A DNA stretch of 64,000 bases, taken from contig CAWJKZ010000010.1 of the NCBI GenBank assembly GCA_963843575.1, positions 192,001 to 256,000 of the forward strand, written 5' to 3'. Source of the stretch: an uncultured Acidobacteriota bacterium (GTDB lineage: Bacteria > Acidobacteriota > UBA6911). Below are positions 11,514 to 22,449 of the stretch, piece after piece (position 1 is the first letter of the stretch; every line of letters starts with the position of its first letter). Made by a program: the position numbers and the translations under genes. The notes beneath the pieces were generated by a model that saw only the letters and a list, made by a program, of their open reading frames with translations, ran no database searches and was not told the DNA's origin.

Positions 11514-12863
11514 ATGAATCGCCGAGACTTCCTTGCACTTTCCGCCGCTGCGCTACTCCCAGCGAACGCCCGGACGGAACCCGCCGGGGCGCCCAACATG
11601 GTATTCATCCTGGCCGACGACCTGGGCTATGGCGACCTCGGCTGCTACGGCCAGAAGAGCATCCGGACGCCCAACCTTGACCGGCTCGCCGCCGAGGGCA
11701 TGCGATTCACCCAGGCATACGCCGGCAGCACGGTGTGCGCGCCGTCGCGCTGCTGTCTGATGACCGGAATGCACACCGGCCACGCCACCGTGCGGGGCAA
11801 CAAGAAACCGGAAGTGGGATTGCGTCCAGAGGATGAAACGGTCGCCGCCCTGCTCAAAAGGGCAGGCTATCGCACGGCGCTGTTCGGCAAATGGGGCCTC
11901 GGGGGCCCAGACACGGGCAGCGTGCCGAACACCCGCGGGTTCGACCAGTTTTACGGCTACCTCAACCAACAGCACGCTCACAACTACTACCCCGAGCACC
12001 TCTGGGACAACCAGGTCGAGACCTTCTTGACCGGGAACTGGTTCGACCAGCGCGGAGAGTATGCCCCCGATCTGTTCACGAACCACGCGCTCGCGTTTCT
12101 GAAAGATCCCCCCAGGCAACCGTTCTTCCTGTACCTGGCCTACACGGTGCCGCACGCGGATAACGAACTGGGTCGCCTCAGGGGGAACGGCATGGAAGTG
12201 CCCGACGCCTCCCTGTATACGGGGCAGCCCTGGCCGGAACAGGAGAAGAACTTCGCCGCAATGATCAGCCGGATGGATGGAGACATCGGGAAGGTCCTCG
12301 ACGTGCTCGCGAAAACCGGGCAGGCCGACAAGACTGTGGTGTTCTTTTCCAGCGACAACGGCCCCCACCAGGAAGGCGAACACAACCCGGAGTTTTTCAC
12401 CAGCAGTGGCCCTCTGAGGGGAATCAAGCGCGACCTGTACGAGGGGGGCATCCGGGTCCCCCTGCTCGCCCGCTGGCCGGGTCAGATTCCGGCGGCCCGG
12501 GTGAGCAACGAAGTCGTGGCCTTCTGGGATGTCCTTCCTACCCTGGCCGAACTGGCGGGCGTTCAGCCCAGGGCCGGGCTCGACGGGGCCTCGTTCGCGG
12601 ACGCGCTGCGCGGCAAACCGCTGCCGGCGCACGCCCCGTTGTACTGGGAGTTCCACGAGCGTGGTTTCGGCCGGGCCGCAAGGCTCGGCAACTGGAAGGG
12701 CGTCAGCCTCGACCCGGGGAAGCCAATCGAACTGTACGACCTGGCGACCGACCCGGGAGAAAAGCACGACGTCGCGGCCGGACACCCAGATCTGGTCCGC
12801 CAGATCACGGCGCTCCTGGCATCCTGCCGAACCGACTCGGTCGACTTCCCGCTGAAGAAGTAG
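11514..12863 (+). CDS. Arylsulfatase (Tat-exported)
   Basis: MNRRDFL Tat signal, [16 protein letters not shown] formylglycine motif, [15 protein letters not shown]. Confidence 0.92.
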   Translation: MNRRDFLALSAAALLPANARTEPAGAPNMVFILADDLGYGDLGCYGQKSIRTPNLDRLAAEGMRFTQAYAGSTVCAPSRCCLMTGMHTGHATVRGNKKPEVGLRPEDETVAALLKRAGYRTALFGKWGLGGPDTGSVPNTRGFDQFYGYLNQQHAHNYYPEHLWDNQVETFLTGNWFDQRGEYAPDLFTNHALAFLKDPPRQPFFLYLAYTVPHADNELGRLRGNGMEVPDASLYTGQPWPEQEKNFAAMISRMDGDIGKVLDVLAKTGQADKTVVFFSSDNGPHQEGEHNPEFFTSSGPLRGIKRDLYEGGIRVPLLARWPGQIPAARVSNEVVAFWDVLPTLAELAGVQPRAGLDGASFADALRGKPLPAHAPLYWEFHERGFGRAARLGNWKGVSLDPGKPIELYDLATDPGEKHDVAAGHPDLVRQITALLASCRTDSVDFPLKK

Positions 12864-12982
12864 ACCAGCAGTCGGCACCTTACGTGAACTGTCTTCGCGC
12901 GAGACGCCGAAAGGGCTGCCGCCGGACGCGGCTCCGCAGTCGCGGACACCTTTTCGTGACGCGCGGGCTTGGGAGGTCTTCA

Positions 12983-13294
12983 ATGCCCTCAGCACCCGCA
13001 TTCATCATGATTGTCACTCTTGCCCTCGCGACCGCCGTGGCGGGCGCGGAAAAGAAACCGCCCCGTACGCTGTCGTTCCCCTCCAAGGCAGGGGAAATAA
13101 CCTTCACCCACAGGAAACATGCGAACCGGGAAAAAGGCAACTGCTCGACATGCCACGACAGTCTCTGGCCGAAATCGGCCAGAGTCGCTCCCGAGTCCAG
13201 CGCAGGCTGCAAAACCTGTCACCATGCGGACGGCAGGTCGTTCGAGATGAAGGGCAACTGCGCCAGGTGCCATGCGGCGAAATCCGGACAGTGA
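12983..13294 (+). CDS. Small periplasmic triheme cytochrome c7-like protein
   Basis: GGAGG RBS, signal peptide, FTHRKH and three CxxCH motifs (CSTCH, CKTCH, CARCH). Confidence 0.85.
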   Translation: MPSAPAFIMIVTLALATAVAGAEKKPPRTLSFPSKAGEITFTHRKHANREKGNCSTCHDSLWPKSARVAPESSAGCKTCHHADGRSFEMKGNCARCHAAKSGQ

Positions 13295-13399
13295 GCCTTT
13301 CGTCGATGTCGGTAAAGCGGAACGCCTGCTGCGCGAGATGGGCGTTCGTTTCTGACCCGCGGGGCGGCCTGCTCCACGATCGCCAACTGAAACGTGGCG

Positions 13400-13911
13400 C
13401 CATGTTTGTGCGTCCAGTTTGCGAGCTGGAACTGCTCCCATTTGCCGTCGGGGAGTTCATAGCTGCGGATCAGGACTTCCCGCGCCGCGAAACGGAGCCC
13501 AAAACGTTCGTCCCACCATGCCGCCCCGCTTGTCGTGCCCCAGCTCGGAAAAGTCGCGCGGCGCGCCGAGCGGGCCGAGGCTCGATGCGGAGCGCCAGCT
13601 TCCCTTGCTCGGCCGCATAGGATGGCCGTCGCGGTGGATTGTTTGCTGATCGATCCGATGCAGTACACCTCATCTCGGGACGGGCGGGTAGGGGCGGCTC
13701 GATCCGGGCGTTGCCGTAAGCCTGGACGTAAGCGATCCTGCTTTCCCGGACGACAGCCAGCGAAGCGCTGGGCGGCGCGCCCGGTTCGGCGAGCACTTCC
13801 CGGACAACCCGATCGATTTGCCCGCCCAACTCGTCTGGCGCGGCACCAGGCGGCCGCGCCGGGATGGCAACGGGGCACCACACTAGGGCGGATGACCAAT
13901 CGAGATCGCAT
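13400..13911 (-). pseudogene. Serine hydrolase (beta-lactamase family) remnant with a large internal deletion and frameshifts
   Basis: N-terminal PSASLAVV...YVQAYGNAR...IGSISKQ (SxxK)...AEQGKLAL joined directly to C-terminal SLGPLGAP...RGGM...[12 protein letters not shown], across several frames. Confidence 0.7.
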
Positions 13912-14113
13912 ACAGGCCTCCGGCGAACAGTTTGGTGGTCAATCACATAAACACGATAGCGTTCTTTCGTACGCGGATCGACGCGAAGCCACGCGGGGTC
14001 AAAAACAAAGAGTGACACTCGGGGCGCCCTCGTGGAACCCCCGCCCTATTTGGTTGCAGGGGCCGACCACACTGTGGGATCTTAAAGGTTCAGACAAAGA
14101 GAGGACGCTCGCC

Positions 14114-15127
14114 ATGAAGAACATGCCCCGTCGCCGTTTTCTGGAATTGTCTGCCCTCGGCGGCATCGCCGCCGGTACCGCGCCTGCCATGGCCCGGCAG
14201 CAGAAGCAGGCGAAGACTCCGCCGTTCAGGATTTCGCTGGCCCAATGGTCCCTCCACCGCGCCTTGTTCGGCGGAGACCCGGGGGAAATGATGGGCTGGG
14301 GGGAGTTCGAGAAGCGGTTGCAGTCCGCCGCCTATCGCAGCCTTCTCGGCGGATCGATGAAGCCGCTCGACTTCGCGGCCACGGCGAGACGGGATTTCGG
14401 CATCGATGCGATCGAGTACGTGAATGTCTTCTTCTTCGACCGGGCCAAAGACTCGGCCTTCATGGGGGAACTGAAGAAGCGGGCGGACTCCGAGGGGGTC
14501 CGGAGTGTCCTGATCATGTGTGACGGGCTCGGGCAGCTGGGCACTCCCGACGGCAGCTCCCGTGCCAGGGTGGTCGAAAACCACTACCCGTGGGTGGAGG
14601 CCGCCGCTTTCCTGGGTTGCCACGCCATCCGGGTCAATGCCGCCAGCGACGAGAAGCTGCCGCCCGCCGAGCAGCAGAAACTCGTAGCCGACGGGCTGAG
14701 GCGCCTGGCGGAGTTCGCGGACGCGCGCGGCATCAACGTGCTGGTGGAAAACCACGGCGGCCTGTCCAGCAACGGCAAGTGGCTGACCGGCGTGATGGAA
14801 CTTGCGGCGCACAAGCGTGTAGGCACGCTCCCCGATTTCGGCAACTTTCAGATCCGGCCGGGGGAGGAGTACGACCGCTACCTGGGAATGCAGGAACTGA
14901 TGCGCTTCGCCAAGTCGGTCAGCGCGAAAACGTACGACTTCGACGAGAACGGGAACGAAACCACGATCGACGTCCCCCGGGTGATGAAGATCGTGCTTGA
15001 CGCGGGCTTCCGCGGGTTCGTGGGAATCGAGTACGAGGGGACCAGGCTCAGCGAAGCCGACGGGATACGTGCGACACGGAAGCTGCTGATGCGGGTGCGC
15101 GACCAAATGGCCGCCAACTACGCTTGA
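14114..15127 (+). CDS. Sugar phosphate isomerase/epimerase (xylose isomerase-like TIM barrel), Tat-exported
   Basis: RRRFL signal, [33 protein letters not shown]. Confidence 0.88.
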   Translation: MKNMPRRRFLELSALGGIAAGTAPAMARQQKQAKTPPFRISLAQWSLHRALFGGDPGEMMGWGEFEKRLQSAAYRSLLGGSMKPLDFAATARRDFGIDAIEYVNVFFFDRAKDSAFMGELKKRADSEGVRSVLIMCDGLGQLGTPDGSSRARVVENHYPWVEAAAFLGCHAIRVNAASDEKLPPAEQQKLVADGLRRLAEFADARGINVLVENHGGLSSNGKWLTGVMELAAHKRVGTLPDFGNFQIRPGEEYDRYLGMQELMRFAKSVSAKTYDFDENGNETTIDVPRVMKIVLDAGFRGFVGIEYEGTRLSEADGIRATRKLLMRVRDQMAANYA

Positions 15128-15153
15128 ATCACGGTGATTTCGAGGAGACTGCA

Positions 15154-16489
15154 ATGAACCACACTCTCCAGGACTGACCGCCGTTCCTTCCTGAAACGGG
15201 CAGCCGCGGCTGGCGCGGTCGCGCCCGCCTTTGTCCGCAACCTCCTATCGTCCTCGCCCGCGAACCGTGTCCGGCTGGCCAGCTTCGGCGCCGACGGGAT
15301 GGCATTCTCCACGCTGGACGGCATCGCAACTCATCCCGAGGTCGTGCTGGTTTCCGTGTCCGAAGTGGATTCGACCCGGCTCGACAAGGTCAAGAAGCGT
15401 TACCCGGACGCGCGCACTTACGCCGACTGGCGTCGCATGCTCGACAAGGAGCGCAAGAACCTCGATGCGGTCTGTGTCGGCACCCCGGACCACATGCATG
15501 CGCCGATGGCAATGCAATCCATGGAGGCCGGGCTGCACGTCTACGTACAGAAACCCCTGACCCACGACATCCACGAAGCCCGGCGCCTCACCGAGGCGGC
15601 GCGGACGAAGAAGGTCGTCTCACAGATGGGCATTCAGCGCCACTCGAGCGCCGAGTACAAGACTGCCGTCGAGGTTATCCAGGGCGGCGCCATCGGCAAG
15701 GTTAAAGAGGTCCACGCCTGGAGCAACAAGAAGTGGGGCGATCCCGATCCCTTGCCCGACCGCTCCGACCCCGTGCCGCCGTCGCTCGATTGGGACCAGT
15801 GGCTGGGAGTCGCCGAATCCCGCCCCTACATAGGCGGCTACTACCACCCGGAGAACTGGCGCAAACGAATCGACTTCGGTACGGCAACCTTCGGGGACAT
15901 GGGCTGCCATATCTACGATCCTATCTTCGCATCGTTGCGCCTGGGAGCCCCCGTGTCGGTGCGGTCGGAAGGGCCGGCCCCAACCCGGCACAACTGGCCG
16001 GTCAACTCGGTCATCCGGTACGTGTTCGCCGGCACCCCCTACACGGAGGGCGACCGCCTGAGCGTCTCCTGGTACGACGGCGACCAGCGGCCGCCCAAGG
16101 AAGTGTTCCCGCCGCTGGGAACCGTCAGGATGCCGGAACAAGGCTCGATTTTCATAGGGACCAGCGGCATGCTGCTGCTCGCCCATTTGGCTATGCCGGT
16201 ACTCCTCCCGCGCGAGAAGTACGAGGGGCACGCGCTCCCCAAAATCGAGACCGACGACCACTACCACCAGTTCGTAGACGCCATCCTCGGGAAGGCCAAG
16301 ACCTCCGCCGCATTCGACTACGCCGGCCCGCTGACCGAGGCCGTGCTGCTCGGCCCCCTGGCGACCCGGTTCCCGAACACCACCCTGACGTGGGACTCGG
16401 CACCGATGCGGTTCGCCAACTCTCCGGAGGCGACCCGGTACGTCCGCCGCAAATACCGCGCGGGCTGGAGAATCAAGGGACTCAGCTGA
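15154..16489 (+). CDS. Gfo/Idh/MocA family oxidoreductase (Tat signal); frameshift just after the start codon
   Basis: GAGGAG RBS and ATG at 15154. The DRRSFLK Tat motif is in the frame of ORF 15299..16489, which also has TPDHMH, HVYVQKPLTH and GDMGCH. Confidence 0.85.
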
Positions 16490-16503
16490 GCAGTGGGGGA
16501 ATT

Positions 16504-17052
16504 ATGCCCACGCCGAAACCTCCCGGCAGGCGAGCAACAGGAAAGCCAAAACCGAAAACCCCCGGAACGAATGCGGTCCTCCGGCGGCAACTGCTGAGTC
16601 TGCTCGAAGGGGGCGGCGCCCACGCCAACTTCGCGGAGGCGGTCGGGGGATTTCCCCCTGAACTGCGCGGGATCGCGCCTCCGGGTGCACCGCACACCGC
16701 GTGGGAGTTGCTGGAACACATACGCATCGCACAGTCGGACATCCTGGAATTCAGCCGGGATCCCAAGTATGTCTCGCCCGAGTGGCCGTCAGGGTACTGG
16801 CCGGATGCCCGAGAGCCTGCGGATGACGCCGCCTGGGCGGCAAGCGTCGACGCATTCCTGTCTGATTCTGCTGCGCTGAGGAAACTGGTCGGGAACCCGA
16901 GGACTGACCTGTTTGCCCATGTGCAGCACCCCGACGCCGCGGCAGACACGAACCTGCTGCGCGAGGTGCTGCTGGTCGCCGACCACAACGCCTACCACCT
17001 GGGGGAACTCGTCTTCCTCCGCAGGATGCTGGGAGCGTGGCCCGCCCGGTAG
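16504..17052 (+). CDS. DinB family protein
   Basis: GGGAH, WELLEHIRIAQ, LREVLLVADHNAYHLGE metal-binding His pattern. Confidence 0.85.
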   Translation: MPTPKPPGRRATGKPKPKTPGTNAVLRRQLLSLLEGGGAHANFAEAVGGFPPELRGIAPPGAPHTAWELLEHIRIAQSDILEFSRDPKYVSPEWPSGYWPDAREPADDAAWAASVDAFLSDSAALRKLVGNPRTDLFAHVQHPDAAADTNLLREVLLVADHNAYHLGELVFLRRMLGAWPAR

Positions 17053-17101
17053 TGTCGCCCATCTGCAAAACAAGCGCGTCTGGGGCTGAATGTGGCGTGC
17101 G

Positions 17102-17138
17102 CGGCCACCGCAGGTCGAGGTTGCGGGGTCGCATCTCG
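17102..17138 (+). repeat. Degenerate internal fragment of the REP/MITE family (copy G)
   Basis: ccaccgcaggtcgaggttgcggggtcgcatctcg matches the internal spacer of copies B, E and F; between convergent genes. Confidence 0.6.
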
Positions 17139-17149
17139 TCCGGAGCGAG

Positions 17150-18670
17150 CTACTGCTGGAAGAGATCCCTCGTCGAGAAACGCGCGTCGCTGGTCAGATT
17201 GACCCCCAAGCGCCGCAACCCGGCTTCGTCGCCCGGTGTCGGGATGTGGGTGAGGTGCACCTCGCACCCCTGCAGGCTGCGAAGCTGCTCCATCGCCAGC
17301 TGTGCGGTCGGATTTGTCGCCGCGCCGATGCTTAGGGCGATGAGCGCCTCGTCGAGGTCCAGGCTCACGGTCTTCTTCCCCATCACCGTTTCCTTCAGCC
17401 GGGCGACGCTCTCGATGATGGTGGGCGACAGCAGGTGGATCTGGTCGGGTATGCCGCCCAGCTTCTTGATCGCATTGAGAACCAGCGCCGAGGTGGCGTG
17501 CATCAGTGGCGAATTCCGGCCGGTGACGATACTTCCGTCGGGCAGTACGAGCGCAGCCCCGGAAAACACTCCCTCATGCCCCTTGTCCTGACTCCGCGCG
17601 CGCGCAGCGGCATCGCGGGCCGGCTCGACAACGCGGCGCATGGCCCAGTCGATGTTCATCTCATTCATCAGCAGTTCGACCCGCTGCACCGTCTCGTCGC
17701 TGGCGAAACCCATGGCGTACTCGCAACTGTACCGGAAATAGCGCCGGATGATCTCCTGCCTCGAAGCCTCGCGGACGGCCTCGTCGTCGACGATGGCAAA
17801 ACCGACGCGGTTGACACCCATTTCGGTGGGCGAGCGGTACACGGAGGCGCAACCGGTGATGCGTTCGAGTATCCGTTTGAGCACCGGGAAAATCTCCACG
17901 TCGCGGTTGTAGTTGATGGCGACGGAGCCCGCCGCCTCCAGGTGGAAAGGGTCGATGAGGTTGAAATCGGCGATATCCGCCGTGGCCGCCTCGTAGGCGA
18001 TGTTGACCGGGTGCTTCAGCGGCAGGTTCCAGATCGGGAAGGTCTCGAACTTGGCATATCCGGATGCAATACCATTGCGGTGGTCATGGTAGAGCTGGGA
18101 AAGGCATGTTGCCAGCTTCCCGCTTCCCGGTCCCGGCCCGGTCACTATGACCAGGGGCTTTTTCGTCTCGATGTATTCGTTCGCCCCATACCCCTGGTCG
18201 CTCACAATCGTATCGACATCCGTGGGGTAGCCCCGCGTGAACTTGTGAGTGTAGACCCGGATTCCGCGCCGCTCGAGCTTGTTCTTGAAAATGGTGGCGG
18301 CGGGCTGATTGTCGAACCGGGTGATCACCACGGCCAGGACCTCCACGCCCCGGTTCCGCAGATCGTCGATGAGCTTCAGCGCATCCACGTCGTAGGTGAT
18401 CCCGAAATCCGCGCGCAGTTTACGCCTCTCGATGTCCCCCGCATGGATGCAGAGGAGCACGTCGGCGTCGTTTCGCAACTCCCGCAACAGGCTCATCTTC
18501 ACGTTCGGGTCAAATCCCGGCAGCACGCGCGCGGCGTGGTGGTCGAACAGCAGTTTCCCCCCGAACTCGAGATAGAGTTTGTTGTCGAACCGATGTACCC
18601 GCTCCAGGATCGCGGCGGTCTGTTCTTTGAGATAGCGTCCATTGTCGAAACCGAGCCGGTTGTTCATCAC
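17150..18670 (-). CDS. DUF1846 (UPF0371) family protein
   Basis: NKLYLEFGGKL, GPGPGSGKLATCLSQLYH, YAKFETFPIWNLPLKHPVNIAYEAATAD. Confidence 0.9.
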   Translation of the reverse strand: MMNNRLGFDNGRYLKEQTAAILERVHRFDNKLYLEFGGKLLFDHHAARVLPGFDPNVKMSLLRELRNDADVLLCIHAGDIERRKLRADFGITYDVDALKLIDDLRNRGVEVLAVVITRFDNQPAATIFKNKLERRGIRVYTHKFTRGYPTDVDTIVSDQGYGANEYIETKKPLVIVTGPGPGSGKLATCLSQLYHDHRNGIASGYAKFETFPIWNLPLKHPVNIAYEAATADIADFNLIDPFHLEAAGSVAINYNRDVEIFPVLKRILERITGCASVYRSPTEMGVNRVGFAIVDDEAVREASRQEIIRRYFRYSCEYAMGFASDETVQRVELLMNEMNIDWAMRRVVEPARDAAARARSQDKGHEGVFSGAALVLPDGSIVTGRNSPLMHATSALVLNAIKKLGGIPDQIHLLSPTIIESVARLKETVMGKKTVSLDLDEALIALSIGAATNPTAQLAMEQLRSLQGCEVHLTHIPTPGDEAGLRRLGVNLTSDARFSTRDLFQQ

Positions 18671-18802
18671 TCTCCCGCTGAAGAATATGACAGCCCGGAG
18701 TCCCGGGCTTCGTTCCTGGCACCGCTGCCATGCATGCTGCGACGGGGATCGAGTCTAGCACACGCGTGCCCCGGCCGGGTCCAAACCGATCGGGCGCCGA
18801 GT

Positions 18803-19027
18803 TCTGCCTACAACGGTTGATTCTGGAGTGCGGCGGCTCGACGCCGCTTTGGTGGCGGCGCCTCGGTGCCGCCAAAGGCCGAGGTCGCAGGCTCGCATCT
18901 CGCACTTCGGCGTGGCGCCGAGGCGCCGGGCATTCCGGCCGTAGGACGAGTGAAAGCGGCGCCGAGGCGCCGCACTCCAGATTACTTCAGTTCGTCCGGA
19001 TTGAACGTCAACCGTTGGACAGCCTCT
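18803..19027 (+). mobile_element. REP/MITE family element, copy B (near full length)
   Basis: Inverted REP pair ggagtgcggcggctcgacgccgcttt ... aaagcggcgccgaggcgccgcactcc, enclosed by the inverted repeats caacggttga / tcaaccgttggacagcctct. Confidence 0.75.
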
Positions 19028-19118
19028 GGAGCCCGGACCCACACAGAGCTTTTCCCGTTGCCCCCCCGGAGGCGATTACGGTAGAAATGCACGTTCGATC
19101 CTCTTAGGAGTAGCGCGC

Positions 19119-20795
19119 ATGAAATGCCTGCGTATCCCGGTTTCCCGTAACGCCGCCTTTTTCATCGCCTTGCTCTGCGGCATAGGCTCGGTTTCCGCCT
19201 ACCTGCCCGCCACCGACGCCGAGAACGAGCCCGAGTCGTGTACAAGCATCATGGTCGGGCCACTGGCGTCCTCGGACGGCTCGATCATGACCTGTCACAC
19301 CTGCGATGGGAACTACCGCACCTGGCTGAACATCGTGCCCCATCGAAAACACCCGGCCGGAGCGAAATCCAGGGTCTACTGGGGGAACCTGCACACCGAG
19401 ACGCCCTGGGACACGCGAGGCAAGATCCTGAAAGGGGAGATCCCCGAAGCGGATGAAACCTACGCCTACCTGAACGTCGCCTACCCCGCCATGAATGAAA
19501 AACAGCTGGGCATCGGGGAAACGACCATCGGCGGGAGGCAGGAACTCGAAAACGACGAGGGGTTGTTTCTCATCGAGGAGCTGGAGCGGATCGCCCTGGA
19601 GCGGTGCACCACGGCGCGGGACGCGATCCGGCTAATCGGGGGGCTCGTCAAGGAGTATGGCTACGGCGACAGCGGCGAGTGCATCACGATCGCGGACAAG
19701 AAAGAAGTCTGGCACCTCGAGATTTTCGGGGCCGGCCCGGCGGAAAAAGGGGCCGTCTGGGCGGCGGTCCGCATCCCCGACGACCACGTCGGCGTTTCCG
19801 CGAACCGGCCGAGAATCAGCGAGCTGAAGCTGGACCAGCCCGATCGCTACCTGGCTTCGGACAACGTCTTCAAGGTTGCCGAGGACATGGGGTGGTGGGA
19901 CCCCAAGAAGGGCGAGCCATTCAAGTTCTGGAAAGCCTATAGCGGACGCACCCCCTTCGCCGAACGCGAGTTCTTCATCCTGAGCACGCTCGCCCCGTAC
20001 CTGAACCTGCGCAAGGATGCGGAGGAACTCCCCTTTTCGGTCAAACCGGTCAGGAAGCTTTCGGTTCGCGACGTGATGAAGTTTTACCGGGAAACGTACG
20101 AAGGTACCGAATCCGACATGACGAAAAACCTGATGGTGCCCAGGGCGCGCAAGCGCGGAGAACCGGAACCCAAAGATGAGAAGCCGGAAATGGTGAAGAG
20201 CGCGGTGGCCAGCGCCTGGATGAGCAGCGACCTCATCACGCTCCTGAACACCCTCAAGCCCGGCACGGTCGAGCGACAGCGGACCATCGCGATTGCAGGC
20301 TGTTCCTACTCTCAGATCGTGCAGATCCGCCCCTGGCTGCCGGACGAAATCGGGGGCATCGCGTGGTTTTCGTTCGACAACCCAGCCCAGAGCCCGCGGT
20401 TCCCGATTTTCGCCGGCGTCCTCTCTCTGCCGCAGAGCTTCGAGATCGATGGCCAGCAGCGGTTTCGGGCGGACGCCGCGATCTGGTCGTTCCGCATGGC
20501 CAACCGGCTGGCGACGGTCCGGTGGGGCGAAAGCCGCAAGCTGATCGAGGAGGGGGTCGCGGAGTTCGAGAACCGGGCATTCCAGGAACTCCCCGCCATC
20601 GACAAGATCGCGCTGGAGATCTATCAGGGCGACAGTGCAGGATCCGCCACCGGCGGCAGCGACGGCGCGGACTCGAAACCCTCACGCTGCAGGGAGTTTC
20701 TGACCAAGTACACGAACGATTTCGCCCGCGCCGCCATGGACAAGTGGTCCGAGCTCGGCAACACCCTTTGGGGCACCCTCGCCCGCCCGTACTAG
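19119..20795 (+). CDS. Peptidase C69 (dipeptidase A-like Ntn hydrolase), secreted
   Basis: AGGAG RBS, signal peptide followed by CTSIMVG (Cys nucleophile), AMNEKQLGIGETT, LERCTTARDAI, GECITIAD. Confidence 0.88.
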   Translation: MKCLRIPVSRNAAFFIALLCGIGSVSAYLPATDAENEPESCTSIMVGPLASSDGSIMTCHTCDGNYRTWLNIVPHRKHPAGAKSRVYWGNLHTETPWDTRGKILKGEIPEADETYAYLNVAYPAMNEKQLGIGETTIGGRQELENDEGLFLIEELERIALERCTTARDAIRLIGGLVKEYGYGDSGECITIADKKEVWHLEIFGAGPAEKGAVWAAVRIPDDHVGVSANRPRISELKLDQPDRYLASDNVFKVAEDMGWWDPKKGEPFKFWKAYSGRTPFAEREFFILSTLAPYLNLRKDAEELPFSVKPVRKLSVRDVMKFYRETYEGTESDMTKNLMVPRARKRGEPEPKDEKPEMVKSAVASAWMSSDLITLLNTLKPGTVERQRTIAIAGCSYSQIVQIRPWLPDEIGGIAWFSFDNPAQSPRFPIFAGVLSLPQSFEIDGQQRFRADAAIWSFRMANRLATVRWGESRKLIEEGVAEFENRAFQELPAIDKIALEIYQGDSAGSATGGSDGADSKPSRCREFLTKYTNDFARAAMDKWSELGNTLWGTLARPY

Positions 20796-20832
20796 CTTCC
20801 GGCGAGCCGCGGCCGCCGCAGGACTTTGGCTT

Positions 20833-22011
20833 GTGTCGATTCTGCTCGGTGTATCAAGCGCGTGCCTGGCCGGCCTCCTCTGGGAACGCATCGCCCTGGA
20901 TCGTCGTCTGAAGCGGGTCCCGTTGCGCATCTGTATCACGGGCACCCGCGGCAAATCGAGCGTCGCCCGCATGCTCGCCTCCGTGCTGCGTCGCAGCGGC
21001 CGCACGGTCCTGGCAAAGACAACGGGGTCGGAGGCGCGGTACGTCCTGCCCGACGGCGACGAGCGGGACGTGCCCCGCAGGGGCGCGGTGTCGATCCTCG
21101 AACAGAAGAGGCTGGTGACACTGGCGGCCCGGCTGCGTGCCGATTGCCTGGTCGCCGAGATCATGAGCCTCAGGCCCGAGGCACACCGGGTGGAAGCACA
21201 ATTGCTCTTGCGCCCGCACATCCTCGCCGTCACCAACGTGCGCCCGGATCACACCGACGTCATGGGGGAGAGCAGGGCGGACATCGCGACAGTGCTCGCT
21301 TCGACGGTCTGCCGCGGTACCGCGGTCTTTCTGACGGAGGACGCGCCTCGCGGTCCATTTCTTGCGCGCGTTCGCCGGCACGCGGGCCGACTGCTCGACG
21401 TCCCCCCGGGTGCGGCTGCGGAACTGTGCTCGGCGGCACCCGAACTGGGCCGGGCGGAATTCGCCGAAAACCTCGATCTCGTGTGCGCGATCGCCCGGCA
21501 CCTGGGCATTCCGGACGAGACCATTCTCGCAGGGATGAGGGAAACCCGGCACGATGCCGGACGTCTCCGGATCTCCCTGTACCGGGCGCCGGATTCCCCC
21601 CGTATCGTCTATCTCGTGAACGCCTTCGCCGCAAACGACCCCGAATCGACGTCGCGCGTGCTCTCGAAGGTGAAGCACCTGCTCCCCGCCGCGGCCGGCA
21701 ACGTCATAGGGGTACTGAATCTGCGCGACGACAGGGTCCCCAGAACCCTGCAATGGGTGAACGCATTGAACGGCCCAGCCGCGGGCTGGTTCAGCAGGAT
21801 CTTCCTGGCCGGGACGTACCCGCCGGCGATCACCCGTCGACTCCCCTCGGCCGTTCCCCTCGAGCATCGTCCGCCGCAGGAGATGACCAACGCGGTCCTT
21901 TCCTCTATGGAAGACCGGGACGGAGTCGTTTTCGGGTTCGGCAACTTCTCGGGCGCTGGGCAACTCCTGTCCGCGCACTGGGCGGAGGTGGGCAAGGACT
22001 ATGGGTTATGA
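20833..22011 (+). CDS. pgsB: Poly-gamma-glutamate synthase PgsB/CapB (Mur ligase family)
   Basis: N-terminal TM, ITGTRGKSSV P-loop, AKTTG, TNVRPDHTDVMG, NAFAANDPEST, NLRDDR, FGFGN. Confidence 0.88.
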   Translation: MSILLGVSSACLAGLLWERIALDRRLKRVPLRICITGTRGKSSVARMLASVLRRSGRTVLAKTTGSEARYVLPDGDERDVPRRGAVSILEQKRLVTLAARLRADCLVAEIMSLRPEAHRVEAQLLLRPHILAVTNVRPDHTDVMGESRADIATVLASTVCRGTAVFLTEDAPRGPFLARVRRHAGRLLDVPPGAAAELCSAAPELGRAEFAENLDLVCAIARHLGIPDETILAGMRETRHDAGRLRISLYRAPDSPRIVYLVNAFAANDPESTSRVLSKVKHLLPAAAGNVIGVLNLRDDRVPRTLQWVNALNGPAAGWFSRIFLAGTYPPAITRRLPSAVPLEHRPPQEMTNAVLSSMEDRDGVVFGFGNFSGAGQLLSAHWAEVGKDYGL

Positions 22012-22438
22012 GATCTCGTTCCTGGCCCTGCTGCTGGCGCTCGCTCACATCAGCCTGACCGGGCTCAGCCCGGGCGGCATCATAGTCCCGAGCTACGTGG
22101 TGTTGTTCCTCCATCACCCCCAGCGACTCGTGGGAACCGTCGCGGCCGCGCTCCTGACGCTGCTGTGCTACAGGATCGCCGCGCGGTACCTGATCCTCTA
22201 CGGGAGGAGGAAGTTCGTCTTCATGATTCTCACGGCGGCGTTGTGGACCTTCGCCTGGCTCAGCCTTTTCCCTGCGCTGTTGGCCGGCGCGACGGAGTTT
22301 CGGGTCATCGGCTGGATCATCCCGGGACTCATTGCGCATGCCAGCGAGAAACAGGGGATCCTCGCGACGACCGCCTCCCTGGCCACCGTCACGGTTCTGG
22401 CGTATATCCTGGGAAGAATGCTTCACCTCGTGGCGTAG
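22001..22438 (+). CDS. pgsC: Poly-gamma-glutamate biosynthesis protein PgsC/CapC
   Basis: TGLSPGGIIVPSY, ILYGRRKF, IGWIIPGLIA, KQG; overlaps the pgsB stop codon. Confidence 0.92.
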   Translation: MGYEISFLALLLALAHISLTGLSPGGIIVPSYVVLFLHHPQRLVGTVAAALLTLLCYRIAARYLILYGRRKFVFMILTAALWTFAWLSLFPALLAGATEFRVIGWIIPGLIAHASEKQGILATTASLATVTVLAYILGRMLHLVA

Positions 22439-22449
22439 CGGGCAAGGCA

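Noticed and set aside
18730-19107. ORFs containing ECGGSTPL / SGAEAPHS peptides (also near 8764, 46952 and 59117)
   Set aside because: Translations of the REP-like repeat, not proteins.
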